IMG/VR virus record: IMGVR_UViG_3300044535_000502
Direction: 5' to 3' (one strand)
DNA length: 64,000 bases
Source: a virus
Taxonomy: Duplodnaviria; Heunggongvirae; Uroviricota; Caudoviricetes
This document shows, piece by piece, positions 18,746 through 27,620 of this stretch (position 1 is its first letter; every line of letters begins with the position of its first letter). The notes beneath the pieces are model-generated. The model was not told where the DNA came from. It did not search any database and was given only the letters and a program-made list of their open reading frames with translations. Made by a program: the position numbers and the translations under genes.

Positions 18746-19495
18746 ATGGCCGCTCAACAAGGCTTCCAATACGAAATAAATGCCGCTAATGTCTTGAAAC
18801 CTATGGGTCTTGTGCCTAAAAGTTTTAAGCCAGCGGGAGCAGGACATGATCAACCAGATTTGATGCTTGAACATAAGAAAGACAAAGCTGGTTGTGAATT
18901 GAAAATCACGGCAGCGTCCGCTGGTTCCCTTGTTTTGAAATATGATGCGAAAGATAAAAAAAGTCCCTGGAAATTTGGCAATGTCAGTGAAGATGATGCT
19001 GAAAAGTTCTTTATTAAGAATCTAGCTGAAGAAGTTGGATTATTCAAAAGACTTAAAGCTGAGTGGAAAGAAATTCCTTTCAAGAGAGATAAAGATCCAT
19101 TATGGGAAGCCACTGCAGGTAAACTATCTCCTCAAAAGAGATATGAAAGGGATAGAGATACTTTTCAAGATATTCGTGGTGAGATTAGTGCAAAAGAAAT
19201 TGAAGATTATTACAACAAAAAAGATACTTACTATGTAAATGTTGGCACTCACGGTTTCTACTTAATGGGCTCAAAAAATCCCTTAAAGCTGAAAGACGTT
19301 CCTCGCTTCGGTACTTCTGCAAAAGCAACTTATAGAGCCAGGGTTCAATATAAAGGTAGCGGCAATTATCAGTTCACTTTTGAAATGCAATTTTCTATAC
19401 CATCAAGCAAAAAATCACCATTCAACATTGCTCCAGTTGATGGCAAAAGTGTCACAATTATCAAAAAAGATTTAAGTTTAGGGTGTTTTACGTAA
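18746..19495 (+). CDS. hypothetical protein (late-expressed?)
   Basis: 249 aa. The start was chosen at MAAQQG, which has a GGAG ribosome-binding site 6 nt upstream. No recognisable motif. Confidence 0.4.
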   Translation: MAAQQGFQYEINAANVLKPMGLVPKSFKPAGAGHDQPDLMLEHKKDKAGCELKITAASAGSLVLKYDAKDKKSPWKFGNVSEDDAEKFFIKNLAEEVGLFKRLKAEWKEIPFKRDKDPLWEATAGKLSPQKRYERDRDTFQDIRGEISAKEIEDYYNKKDTYYVNVGTHGFYLMGSKNPLKLKDVPRFGTSAKATYRARVQYKGSGNYQFTFEMQFSIPSSKKSPFNIAPVDGKSVTIIKKDLSLGCFT

Positions 19496-20727
19496 TGAAA
19501 TTCAAAGAATTCCTAACAGAGTCCTCAAAAGAAGGCAAGAACGTTCACCTAGAGCATATCGAGGAAGAAGTTCTAAATCGCGGTGTAGCTGGTACGAGAG
19601 ATGCAATCAACTTTTTGCGATCACTCAGAGACATGCTTGCTGGCAATTCAGACGGCAAGGTAAACATTACCACAAAATGGGACGGTGCACCTGCTGTATT
19701 TGCTGGCACTAATCCAGAGAATGGTAAGTTCTTTGTAGCCACAAAAGGCATCTTCAACAAAGATGCAAAGCTGAACTACACCGATGAAGATATTGACAGA
19801 AATCATCCAGGTGAAGGCCTGAATAAGAAACTGAAGGTTGCACTAGCATACTTGCCTAAGATTGGTATCGATGGCATTCTGCAAGGCGACATGATGTTTG
19901 CTAAAGGTGATATCAAGAAAGCAACGATTGATGGTGTCAAGTATGTGACATTTCAACCAAACACAATCGTGTATGCGGTTCCTGAAGATTCTGCACTAGC
20001 TAAGTCCATGTTGACAGCACAAATGGGTATTGTGTTTCATACGGCATACACAGGAAAGACAATCGCAGATTTGAAGTCTTCATTCAACATCGATATTGGT
20101 AGAATGAAAGCAACTAAGGATGTTTGGTTCCGTGATGCATATTTCGTTGACGCATCTGGTACAGTCACATTTACCGAAAAAGAGACTAAAGAAATCACAG
20201 CTATTTTATCTCAAGCAGGATCCCTGTTCCAAAGAACCAGTAGCATGACCCTGAATCGTATTGCTACCTCTGAGATATTCAATGTTCAGATCAAAACATA
20301 CAACAACACGAAAGTTCGTTCCGGTGAACACATCAAAGATACAACGGAACATGCGAAAGGACTGTTGAAATGGATTGAAGACAAGCTGAACAAAGAGATT
20401 ATTGCCGCTAAAAGAGAAGACACTAAACTCAAGCGTCAAGCTGAAAAGAATGAAATCATGCGATTCTATCGAAGCAACTTTGCCGAGCTTGTTAAGATTT
20501 TTGATATCATGAATATGATCGTTGATTCCAAGAATATCATTATCAAAAAGTTACAACAGATGCGTCAAGTTACTGGTGCATTCTTACGTACAGATGATGG
20601 ATTTAAGGTCACGAATCCAGAAGGCTTTGTTGCTGTTGATCGACTAAAAGGTAATGCCGTCAAGTTGGTTGATAGACTTGAATTCAGTCATGCAAACTTC
20701 ACCGCACAGAAAGCGTGGGACAAATAA
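19495..20727 (+). CDS. putative RNA ligase (Rnl1/RnlA-like nucleotidyltransferase, KxDG motif)
   Basis: TTKWDGAPAV resembles T4 Rnl1 motif I (TKEDGSL). The downstream ATKGIF resembles KSKGSI. 410 aa. TAATG overlap with the upstream gene. Confidence 0.45.
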   Translation: MKFKEFLTESSKEGKNVHLEHIEEEVLNRGVAGTRDAINFLRSLRDMLAGNSDGKVNITTKWDGAPAVFAGTNPENGKFFVATKGIFNKDAKLNYTDEDIDRNHPGEGLNKKLKVALAYLPKIGIDGILQGDMMFAKGDIKKATIDGVKYVTFQPNTIVYAVPEDSALAKSMLTAQMGIVFHTAYTGKTIADLKSSFNIDIGRMKATKDVWFRDAYFVDASGTVTFTEKETKEITAILSQAGSLFQRTSSMTLNRIATSEIFNVQIKTYNNTKVRSGEHIKDTTEHAKGLLKWIEDKLNKEIIAAKREDTKLKRQAEKNEIMRFYRSNFAELVKIFDIMNMIVDSKNIIIKKLQQMRQVTGAFLRTDDGFKVTNPEGFVAVDRLKGNAVKLVDRLEFSHANFTAQKAWDK

Positions 20728-21032
20728 TGCAGTCATTCAAAGAACTGGTGAAAGAAGCATCTTATGCTGGTAACATCGGCATTATGGAACTTATCAAATT
20801 CAAGCAAAAAGCTACACCTGAACAGAAAAAGAAATTTGATGATCATGTGAAGAACAAGCGAACAAAGGATGCTTGGGATATGGTCCAGAAAGTCACTGGA
20901 GTTCAGCTACATAAAAGTGTGCATGAAGAAAAGAAGTCTCCTAATCCAGACATTCTGCCACCAGCTGGCGCAGGGCAAGAGGGCACAGACTTGCTAGTCA
21001 AGCGATACAAACGAGATACTCCAGGTCAGTAA
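20727..21032 (+). CDS. hypothetical basic protein
   Basis: 101 aa and Lys-rich. TAATG coupling to the upstream gene. Confidence 0.35.
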   Translation: MQSFKELVKEASYAGNIGIMELIKFKQKATPEQKKKFDDHVKNKRTKDAWDMVQKVTGVQLHKSVHEEKKSPNPDILPPAGAGQEGTDLLVKRYKRDTPGQ

Positions 21033-21048
21033 CTAACTCAATTATATT

Positions 21049-21777
21049 ATGAACCCATTGATCACAGTAATTACACCAACAACAGGAACTGCTCAATTAG
21101 CTGACGCAGTTCGGTCTGTTGATAATCAAACATACAAGAACATACAGCATCTAATCGTTGTTGATGGAGTTGAGCATTATGAAAATGCACTAGATTCCAT
21201 TGTCGGATCACGATATGCTAGTATACTCACATTACCATATAACACAGGTCATAGCCAATACAATGGTCATCGTATCTATGGTGCTATGACATTTATTGCT
21301 GAGGGCGAATACCTGTGCTTTCTAGACCAAGACAATTGGTACGATGATAATCACATTGAATCGCTAGTTAACCAACTCACAAGAGGTAATGATTGGGCAT
21401 ACTCATTACGCAAAATCGTTGATCAGGATGGCAACTACATTTGTAATGATGACTGTGAATCACTTGGTAAGTGGCAATCGGTGATCGGTGACAATTTTGT
21501 TGATGTGAACTGTTTCATGATACCGAAGATGGCCGCACTAGAATTTGCTCCATATTGGTATCGTAGAGCTAGACATCCTAACGATCAACCTGAAGTTGAT
21601 AGAATTCTTTCGGCATTTATGATGGCCAAGTCGAAAACATTTGACACGAATGGTCAATATACTGTAAACTATAGGGTGGCGAGTCGCGCAGACTCTGTAC
21701 AGGACTCATTCTTTATTCGCGGTAATAATGCGATGCAACAGCATTTGAAAGGAAACTATCCATGGCGAAAGATTTAA
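21049..21777 (+). CDS. glycosyltransferase family 2
   Basis: The N-terminus VITPTTGTAQLADAVRSVDNQTYKNIQHLIVVDG carries the typical GT2 signature, and a DQD (DxD) motif is present. Confidence 0.6.
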   Translation: MNPLITVITPTTGTAQLADAVRSVDNQTYKNIQHLIVVDGVEHYENALDSIVGSRYASILTLPYNTGHSQYNGHRIYGAMTFIAEGEYLCFLDQDNWYDDNHIESLVNQLTRGNDWAYSLRKIVDQDGNYICNDDCESLGKWQSVIGDNFVDVNCFMIPKMAALEFAPYWYRRARHPNDQPEVDRILSAFMMAKSKTFDTNGQYTVNYRVASRADSVQDSFFIRGNNAMQQHLKGNYPWRKI

Positions 21778-22646
21778 TAATTGGTGCATTTAGTAACTAC
21801 AGCGACTTCAACGTTGTCAAGCCGTGGATTCATTCCATCAAAGAAACTGGCTTCGATGGTGATATTGTACTGATTGCAATTGATGCACCGAAAAGTATTG
21901 TGTTAGAGATTGAAGACGCTGGTGTGACTGTTGTTGAGCATCCAAAGCAAGGCAACATGATGATTCACATGATGCGCTTCCTATACATCTACGATTTCCT
22001 GAAAAAGTACCATAACAAATATCGCTATGTCATCACTACAGATGTTCGTGATGTGATATTTCAGAGCAATCCTAGCTTGTATCTACACAATCTATATGGT
22101 AGCTACAAAGGTATCGTAGCACAATCGGAAGCAATCCAGATTCAGCATGAGCGATGGAATCGTGAAAACATCATCAAAAACTTTGGTCAATACTTCTATG
22201 AGGATATCAAAGAACATGAAGTATTCAACGTGGGCATCCTAGCGGGCACAACAGAATACATCAAGGACCTGTGCTTTGCACTATTTCAAATGTCTAGTAA
22301 TCGTCCCGACTGGGTTGCTGATCAAGCTGCATATAATATGTTGCTGAGTTTCAAGCCATGGAACGAGGTGGCGACATGTCTTCCACTGATGGATGGCTGG
22401 GCATTGAATGCACATGTGACAAATAAACCAGACCAGATGGACGAGTTTGGTCCATATTTACTTGAGGATCGTCCATACATGGAAGATGGTGTTGTTAAGA
22501 ACGCCGATGGTGAGCCTTTCGTTATTGTGCATCAGTACGACCGAGTGCCTGAGTGGACAAAATACTTCTATGATAAGTATGATGTGAAGATTACAACTGA
22601 AACTGATACTGGGTCATCTCCTAAGTATTTTACTATTACTACATGA
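21762..22646 (+). CDS. putative nucleotide-sugar-dependent glycosyltransferase (GT-A-like)
   Basis: 294 aa. The pattern IIGAFSNYSDFNVVKPWIHS...YVITTDVRDVIFQSNP is typical of GT-A-fold transferases. Confidence 0.35.
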   Translation: MAKDLIIGAFSNYSDFNVVKPWIHSIKETGFDGDIVLIAIDAPKSIVLEIEDAGVTVVEHPKQGNMMIHMMRFLYIYDFLKKYHNKYRYVITTDVRDVIFQSNPSLYLHNLYGSYKGIVAQSEAIQIQHERWNRENIIKNFGQYFYEDIKEHEVFNVGILAGTTEYIKDLCFALFQMSSNRPDWVADQAAYNMLLSFKPWNEVATCLPLMDGWALNAHVTNKPDQMDEFGPYLLEDRPYMEDGVVKNADGEPFVIVHQYDRVPEWTKYFYDKYDVKITTETDTGSSPKYFTITT

Positions 22647-22655
22647 AAGAATATT

Positions 22656-23210
22656 ATGAGCGATTACATTGTAATGAATACTAATCCTGCCAATGAGTGG
22701 ATTTGTTCAGGTAAAGGACTTCTGCTACTATTGCGTGATAAGGGACCACAGGTTGGTTTGGAGATCGGCTGTGCTGAAGGCCACACAACACACTATTTGC
22801 TGAAAAACTTACCTGAGTTGGTGTTGCATGGTATTGATCCGTATGTCAACTATGAAGACTGGAATGGTAGATTCCTGACAGATCGTGTTGACATGCACAA
22901 ACAGATTCTGGATTACTGTGCTGAGTTCGGTGATAGATTCGTCATGCATCGTGATTTCTCGGATAATATGGTCAATCATTTTGAAGATGACTCACTCGAT
23001 TTCATATTTATTGATGGAATACACACATACGAACAAGTCACGATTGACTGTGAGAATTACTTCAGTAAAGTAAAATCTGGTGGTGTTTTTGCAGGTCACG
23101 ATTACAATGTCATCGAAGGTGTAAATCGTGCGGTAAATGAATTTGCAGCCAAGCACGGCGCAGAAGTACAAACTTGTGCAAACGATGTATGGTACTGGAT
23201 CAAGAAATGA
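22656..23210 (+). CDS. class I SAM-dependent methyltransferase (TylF/CmcI-like O-methyltransferase family)
   Basis: Motif I GLEIGCAEGHTT. The downstream DFIFIDGIHTYE...GGVFAGHDY pattern is typical of this family. Confidence 0.55.
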   Translation: MSDYIVMNTNPANEWICSGKGLLLLLRDKGPQVGLEIGCAEGHTTHYLLKNLPELVLHGIDPYVNYEDWNGRFLTDRVDMHKQILDYCAEFGDRFVMHRDFSDNMVNHFEDDSLDFIFIDGIHTYEQVTIDCENYFSKVKSGGVFAGHDYNVIEGVNRAVNEFAAKHGAEVQTCANDVWYWIKK

Positions 23211-24004
23211 GTGAGACTGTCACAATTGTAACTGCGTTCTTTGACATTGGTAGGTCAAATTGGGAAGGTACTCTAAATGGTCAGCAACTGCCACACTACC
23301 TAAAGCGTGACACACAGACATATCTGGACAGATTCAAGCGACTAACTGAGCTAAAGAATCCTATCGTTGTTTTCACCGAAAGCAAATTCATTGACACCAT
23401 CAAGAGTTATCGTGACGATATCATCTGTGTTGTTGCTGATAACATTTTTGAAGACAACAACCAGCTACTGAGTCGTATCGCACACATTCAAAGACGCCCT
23501 GAGTTTATTGCGCATCTGAATCAACCAACGATGCCTGAGTATTGGTCGCCACATTATGTGTTCATAAATTACGCCAAATCTTTGTTTGTCAATACAGCAA
23601 TTAAGATGGGTCATGTGTCAACAGGCACGGCTGCTTGGTTAGACTTTGGATATGTGCGTGAAGATACATTCTGTCCTGCTGGAATGGAATGGAAGTTCAA
23701 CACACAGAATCTAATCAATCTGTTCTGTTTCTCCAACCCTGACGAAGCTGAACCTATATTCAATATCGTCAAGACAAATAATGTGTACGTCCAAGGCTGT
23801 CACATCGTTGCACCAGTTGAAAAGTGGAAGCAAATGGCAACACTCATGACACGGGCAATAATGAACTACATTGAAGTGGATTTGATTGATGATGATCAGT
23901 CCATGTTGCTCATGTCATACAAAATGTCACCGCACGACTTCAAAATCAATTATGTCAATCCTGACTATTGGTTTGTCATATTCAGAGACTTCAATCACAC
24001 ATGA
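23207..24004 (+). CDS. hypothetical protein, possibly involved in glycan or LPS modification
   Basis: 265 aa. ATGA overlap with the methyltransferase. Carries a TVTIVTAFFDIGRSNW motif (HtrL/YibB-like?). Confidence 0.3.
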   Translation: MSETVTIVTAFFDIGRSNWEGTLNGQQLPHYLKRDTQTYLDRFKRLTELKNPIVVFTESKFIDTIKSYRDDIICVVADNIFEDNNQLLSRIAHIQRRPEFIAHLNQPTMPEYWSPHYVFINYAKSLFVNTAIKMGHVSTGTAAWLDFGYVREDTFCPAGMEWKFNTQNLINLFCFSNPDEAEPIFNIVKTNNVYVQGCHIVAPVEKWKQMATLMTRAIMNYIEVDLIDDDQSMLLMSYKMSPHDFKINYVNPDYWFVIFRDFNHT

Positions 24005-24660
24005 ATGTATTCATCGTAACTTCCGCTTTGCTCACACAAGCTGGCGTTTTCAATACAATACAGAGGTTCAACGACACACTGGACACACTGAAATCTATTC
24101 GTGAGAAAGATCCAACAGCTATGATCTTTCTCGCTGATATCTCAGTTGCGCCACTTGGTGGAATGATAGATGAACTGCAAGAATATTGTAAGGTTGTGAG
24201 TTTCAATGATCATCATGCAGTCAAGATGTTTTCAACTCATGGCATGAAGAGTCATGGTGAAACAGTCATTCTTATGGAAATGCTGAATTTCATAAAGAGG
24301 CAAGGAATCGTGTGTGATAGAATATTCAAGTTGTCTGGTAGATATGTCCTTGATGATGGCTTTGACATTTCATATTATACAGACAAGCAAGGACATTATG
24401 TGTTTAAGCGCCGCAATGAAACATGGATGAATCCTGTTGTTTCTGGTGCAACACATTGCTTGGACACAAGACTGTTCTCACTGTGCTCCAGTCTAGCTGA
24501 TGATTATTTTGAAATATTACAGAAAAATCTCAATATTCTTGGACAATTGGACACAGAACATGTGCATTTTTTGCACATTCCAAAAGATAAGCTGGTTGAG
24601 GTTGACCGTGTGTATTGCACAGGAATGATCGCCAGGACTGGAGAATTAGTCAGAGATTGA
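24001..24660 (+). CDS. hypothetical protein, weak paralog of the preceding gene
   Basis: 219 aa. ATGA overlap. Its N-terminus MNVFIVTSALL resembles the neighbouring gene's TVTIVTAFF. Confidence 0.3.
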   Translation: MNVFIVTSALLTQAGVFNTIQRFNDTLDTLKSIREKDPTAMIFLADISVAPLGGMIDELQEYCKVVSFNDHHAVKMFSTHGMKSHGETVILMEMLNFIKRQGIVCDRIFKLSGRYVLDDGFDISYYTDKQGHYVFKRRNETWMNPVVSGATHCLDTRLFSLCSSLADDYFEILQKNLNILGQLDTEHVHFLHIPKDKLVEVDRVYCTGMIARTGELVRD

Positions 24661-24714
24661 CAATTGTTTTTTGCTAAATAGACTATAATGAAACTTGCTG
24701 TAGAGGCGGAGTAA

Positions 24715-27246
24715 ATGAAGTTCAGACAATATTTAGAAGAAACAACAGAAAAACATGCGGTCCTTGCGTTCGGACGCATGAATCCACCAACAACCGGTCA
24801 TGCAAAACTGGTTGATAAAGTCAAAGATGTTGCTAAGTCTGTGAGAGGAACACACCACGTGGTTCTATCGCATTCACAGGACGCTGAGAAGAATCCACTC
24901 TCAGGTGAGCAAAAAGTCAAACACGCACAACGATATTTTCCTGACACGAATATCACAACCTCCAGTAAAGAACATCCAAACTTTCTGGCTCAAGCATCAA
25001 AACTCCACAAAGCTGGCGCTACACATTTGCACATGGTTGCAGGATCCGATAGAACTGGTGAGTATGAGAAGATTTTACACAAATACAATGGCGTAAAAGG
25101 TACGCATGGATACTTCAAGTTTCGTGGTATTCACGTACACTCCGCTGGTGAGCGTGATCCTGATGCTGAGGGTGTATCTGGTATGTCTGCATCCAAGATG
25201 CGTAGCCATGCATCAAAAGGCAACTTCAAAGAATTCAAAAAAGGCATTCCAAGTCACGTAGCGCCAGAACACGCTAAAGAATTGTATAATGATGTGCGCA
25301 AGGGAATGCAAGTCAAAGAAGATTTCCGATCACAAATTCAGATGATCCTATCTGAGGGTGTCCACGATAAAGGCATCTTCAAGGCTGTGTTTCTATCGGG
25401 CGGTCCAGGCTCAGGTAAAGACTATGTGTTGGATAACACACTTGCTGGTCATGGCTTGATTGAAATCAACTCAGACAAAGCACTTGAGTTTCTGATGGAC
25501 AAGAATAATCTGGACAAGAAAATGCCAGAGACTGAAGCTGATGCACGGACACTTGTTCGCGGTAAAGCAAAAGACATGACAGAGTTGAAGCAGAAGCTGG
25601 CGCTGTTGGGTCGCAACGGCATCATTATCAATGGCACAGGCGATGATCCCGCAAAGTATGCCAAGATAAAGAAAAACTTAGAAGAAATTGGCTATGAAAC
25701 TTCTATGGTTGCCGTTGTTACACGCGATGAAATTTCTGCACAGAGAAACGTTGAGCGTGGGCAAAGAGGTGGTCGTACAGTTCCTGAGAATATTCGTAAA
25801 GAAAAGTGGGACGCAGTAAACAATTCACGCCCAGAGATGGCTAAGTTGTTTGGCAACAGCTATATTGAATTTGATAACTCTGAAGACTTGCGCACCGCAG
25901 CACCAGAAGTGGTCAAAGCCAAGAAAGAAGAGATGAACAACATCTTCAAGACTGTCCAAAAGTTTGTTCAAGCACCACCTAAGAATGAGCAAGCTAAGGC
26001 TTGGGTTGCTGGTGAACTACAGAAGAAAGACACCTTGCCTGTTCCTAAGAAAGGCACGGAACTGTCTATTCCACACTCCGCTGAGGGCGAAAACAAAGCA
26101 ACTGATGAAGCTAGACGCCTTGGGCTACAATACTATGGCTATGGCCGATATGGTAAGAATGGTAAAGTCACACATCACACAGTTCACGGAACTTTGGTGC
26201 AGGATCCAACACACGCTGAACAGCAAAAGATGATTAAGAAAACTGCTGAAGTTCCTATGAGTGGAGCTAGTAGCCAAAAGCCTGTGCCCAAGAAACCAGT
26301 CAAAGAGTCTATCAACGAAGATTTTCAGAATCTTTTTGAGGCCGTTTCAGTTACTTTCAAAGCTGATACCCCAGAAGAGCTACAAAAAGCAATGAAGATG
26401 CTGACTGGCAATGGAGATGCAGAAGTGGAAGAGCAGGAAGTTGAGGAGCACGTGGACCACACAGAAATGTCTGATTCTGGTGCATACAATCTATTGACGC
26501 TCGGAAAATCCATGTTTGTCTCCGAAAGTATCAGTGGTGAAAGAACTGCCGTAAAAGATGGAGCTACATATATTGCATCAGGCAACAAGCCTAAAGTATA
26601 TGCAATACGAAACAATGCTGCTAAAGACGCACACACCAAAGGTGGTGAAGTCGTTAAGACAGACAAAGGTTACATAGTTAAATTAAAGGAGAATGTAAAT
26701 GTTGAAATTCGTGAAAAGTTTCTTTGTGAAGAGCAAACCGCCAGTGGAACCGGAGCCACAACCATTGCCGAAAGTGGAAGCACCAGCCGTAGTGCCGGAG
26801 TCAGCACCGGAGCCACAACCATTGCCGAAAGTGGAAGTTCCGGTCGTAGTAGTACCAGAGCCATTACCGAAAGTGGAAGTGGAAGTTCCAGTGGTAACAG
26901 TGCAGGAACAAGTGCCAGTGCCAGTGCCGAAGCCAGCACCAAAAACATCCACGAAGCCAGCCGCTTTAAAGGCAAGCTCACCCTCTCGCAAGCCAAAAAC
27001 ACGTTCAAAGAAGCCATCGACAAAGGCATAGAAACTGGCATGTCCATGGCTGCTGGTGGCGAAGGCATTGGGCGTGACATGGGCGAAATCAATGACAAGA
27101 ATGGCAAAGTGAATCCTCTGAAAAAGAAACCTGTTGCTGAAATGGGTGGGGATTCAACCACAGCGTCAATTGGTGCACAAAAACAAGATGAACTGGCTAA
27201 ACATGGCATATCACTTAGCACGTTCAGAGGAAAGAATTACCTATGA
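24715..27246 (+). CDS. multidomain protein: N-terminal cytidylyl/adenylyl-transferase-like domain, central P-loop kinase domain, and a C-terminal Ser/Thr/Gly-rich repeat region
   Basis: MNPPTTGH is an HxGH-type motif and GMSASKMR an ISSTxxR-like motif, together indicating the nucleotidyltransferase alpha/beta fold. GGPGSGKD is a Walker A motif with a downstream lid. The C-terminus carries TTIAESGS repeats. A GGAG ribosome-binding site is present. 843 aa. Confidence 0.5.
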   Translation: MKFRQYLEETTEKHAVLAFGRMNPPTTGHAKLVDKVKDVAKSVRGTHHVVLSHSQDAEKNPLSGEQKVKHAQRYFPDTNITTSSKEHPNFLAQASKLHKAGATHLHMVAGSDRTGEYEKILHKYNGVKGTHGYFKFRGIHVHSAGERDPDAEGVSGMSASKMRSHASKGNFKEFKKGIPSHVAPEHAKELYNDVRKGMQVKEDFRSQIQMILSEGVHDKGIFKAVFLSGGPGSGKDYVLDNTLAGHGLIEINSDKALEFLMDKNNLDKKMPETEADARTLVRGKAKDMTELKQKLALLGRNGIIINGTGDDPAKYAKIKKNLEEIGYETSMVAVVTRDEISAQRNVERGQRGGRTVPENIRKEKWDAVNNSRPEMAKLFGNSYIEFDNSEDLRTAAPEVVKAKKEEMNNIFKTVQKFVQAPPKNEQAKAWVAGELQKKDTLPVPKKGTELSIPHSAEGENKATDEARRLGLQYYGYGRYGKNGKVTHHTVHGTLVQDPTHAEQQKMIKKTAEVPMSGASSQKPVPKKPVKESINEDFQNLFEAVSVTFKADTPEELQKAMKMLTGNGDAEVEEQEVEEHVDHTEMSDSGAYNLLTLGKSMFVSESISGERTAVKDGATYIASGNKPKVYAIRNNAAKDAHTKGGEVVKTDKGYIVKLKENVNVEIREKFLCEEQTASGTGATTIAESGSTSRSAGVSTGATTIAESGSSGRSSTRAITESGSGSSSGNSAGTSASASAEASTKNIHEASRFKGKLTLSQAKNTFKEAIDKGIETGMSMAAGGEGIGRDMGEINDKNGKVNPLKKKPVAEMGGDSTTASIGAQKQDELAKHGISLSTFRGKNYL
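26745..26945 (+). repeat. GC-rich tandem repeat (~57-bp unit, about 3 copies) inside the 24715..27246 CDS
   Basis: ggagccacaaccattgccgaaagtggaag recurs at about 26751, 26808 and 26857. It leaves long open frames on both strands. Confidence 0.7.
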
Positions 27247-27620
27247 AAAACTATAAAGATTTTGTCACTGAAGCTGGGCGCTGCTGGAAAGGCTATAAAC
27301 CTGTTCCAGGTAAGAAAGCATACTCACCCGATTCTTGTATGAAAGAAGAAACTGTAGTGGAAGCCGCAGTTGATGCTAAAGGACTAAAAAGCTCTACTGG
27401 TGGTCTAACTCAAAAGGGTCGTGACTACTACAACAGAAAAGATGGCGGCAATCTAAAAGCACCGGTTACAACACCACCATCAAAATTGACACCGGGCAGT
27501 AAAGCTGCTAACCGTCGCAAGTCATTCTGTGCTAGAATGGGTGGAGTGGAAGGTCCGATGAAGAAACCTAACGGAGAGCCGTCCCGTAAAGCTCTCGCAC
27601 TAAGAAAATGGAATTGCTAA
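27243..27620 (+). CDS. hypothetical basic protein
   Basis: 125 aa, Lys/Arg/Gly-rich. ATGA overlap with the upstream gene. Confidence 0.35.
   Translation: MKNYKDFVTEAGRCWKGYKPVPGKKAYSPDSCMKEETVVEAAVDAKGLKSSTGGLTQKGRDYYNRKDGGNLKAPVTTPPSKLTPGSKAANRRKSFCARMGGVEGPMKKPNGEPSRKALALRKWNC

Noticed and set aside
24661-24714. Possible T4 middle (MotA-box) promoter, TTTGCTAAATAGACTATAAT, upstream of gene 24715.
   Set aside because: The spacing between the TGCT element and the -10 is about 8 nt, not the 11-13 nt of MotA-dependent promoters.
26670-27221. Long alternative-frame ORFs across the repeat tail of gene 24715..27246: 26699..27031(+), which is Pro-rich, and 26670..27221(-) and 26683..26991(-).
   Set aside because: They are produced by the GC-rich 57-bp tandem repeat, which is open in several frames. 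The long + frame is continuous with an upstream gene that has an RBS and recognisable domains, so these are treated as frame artefacts.
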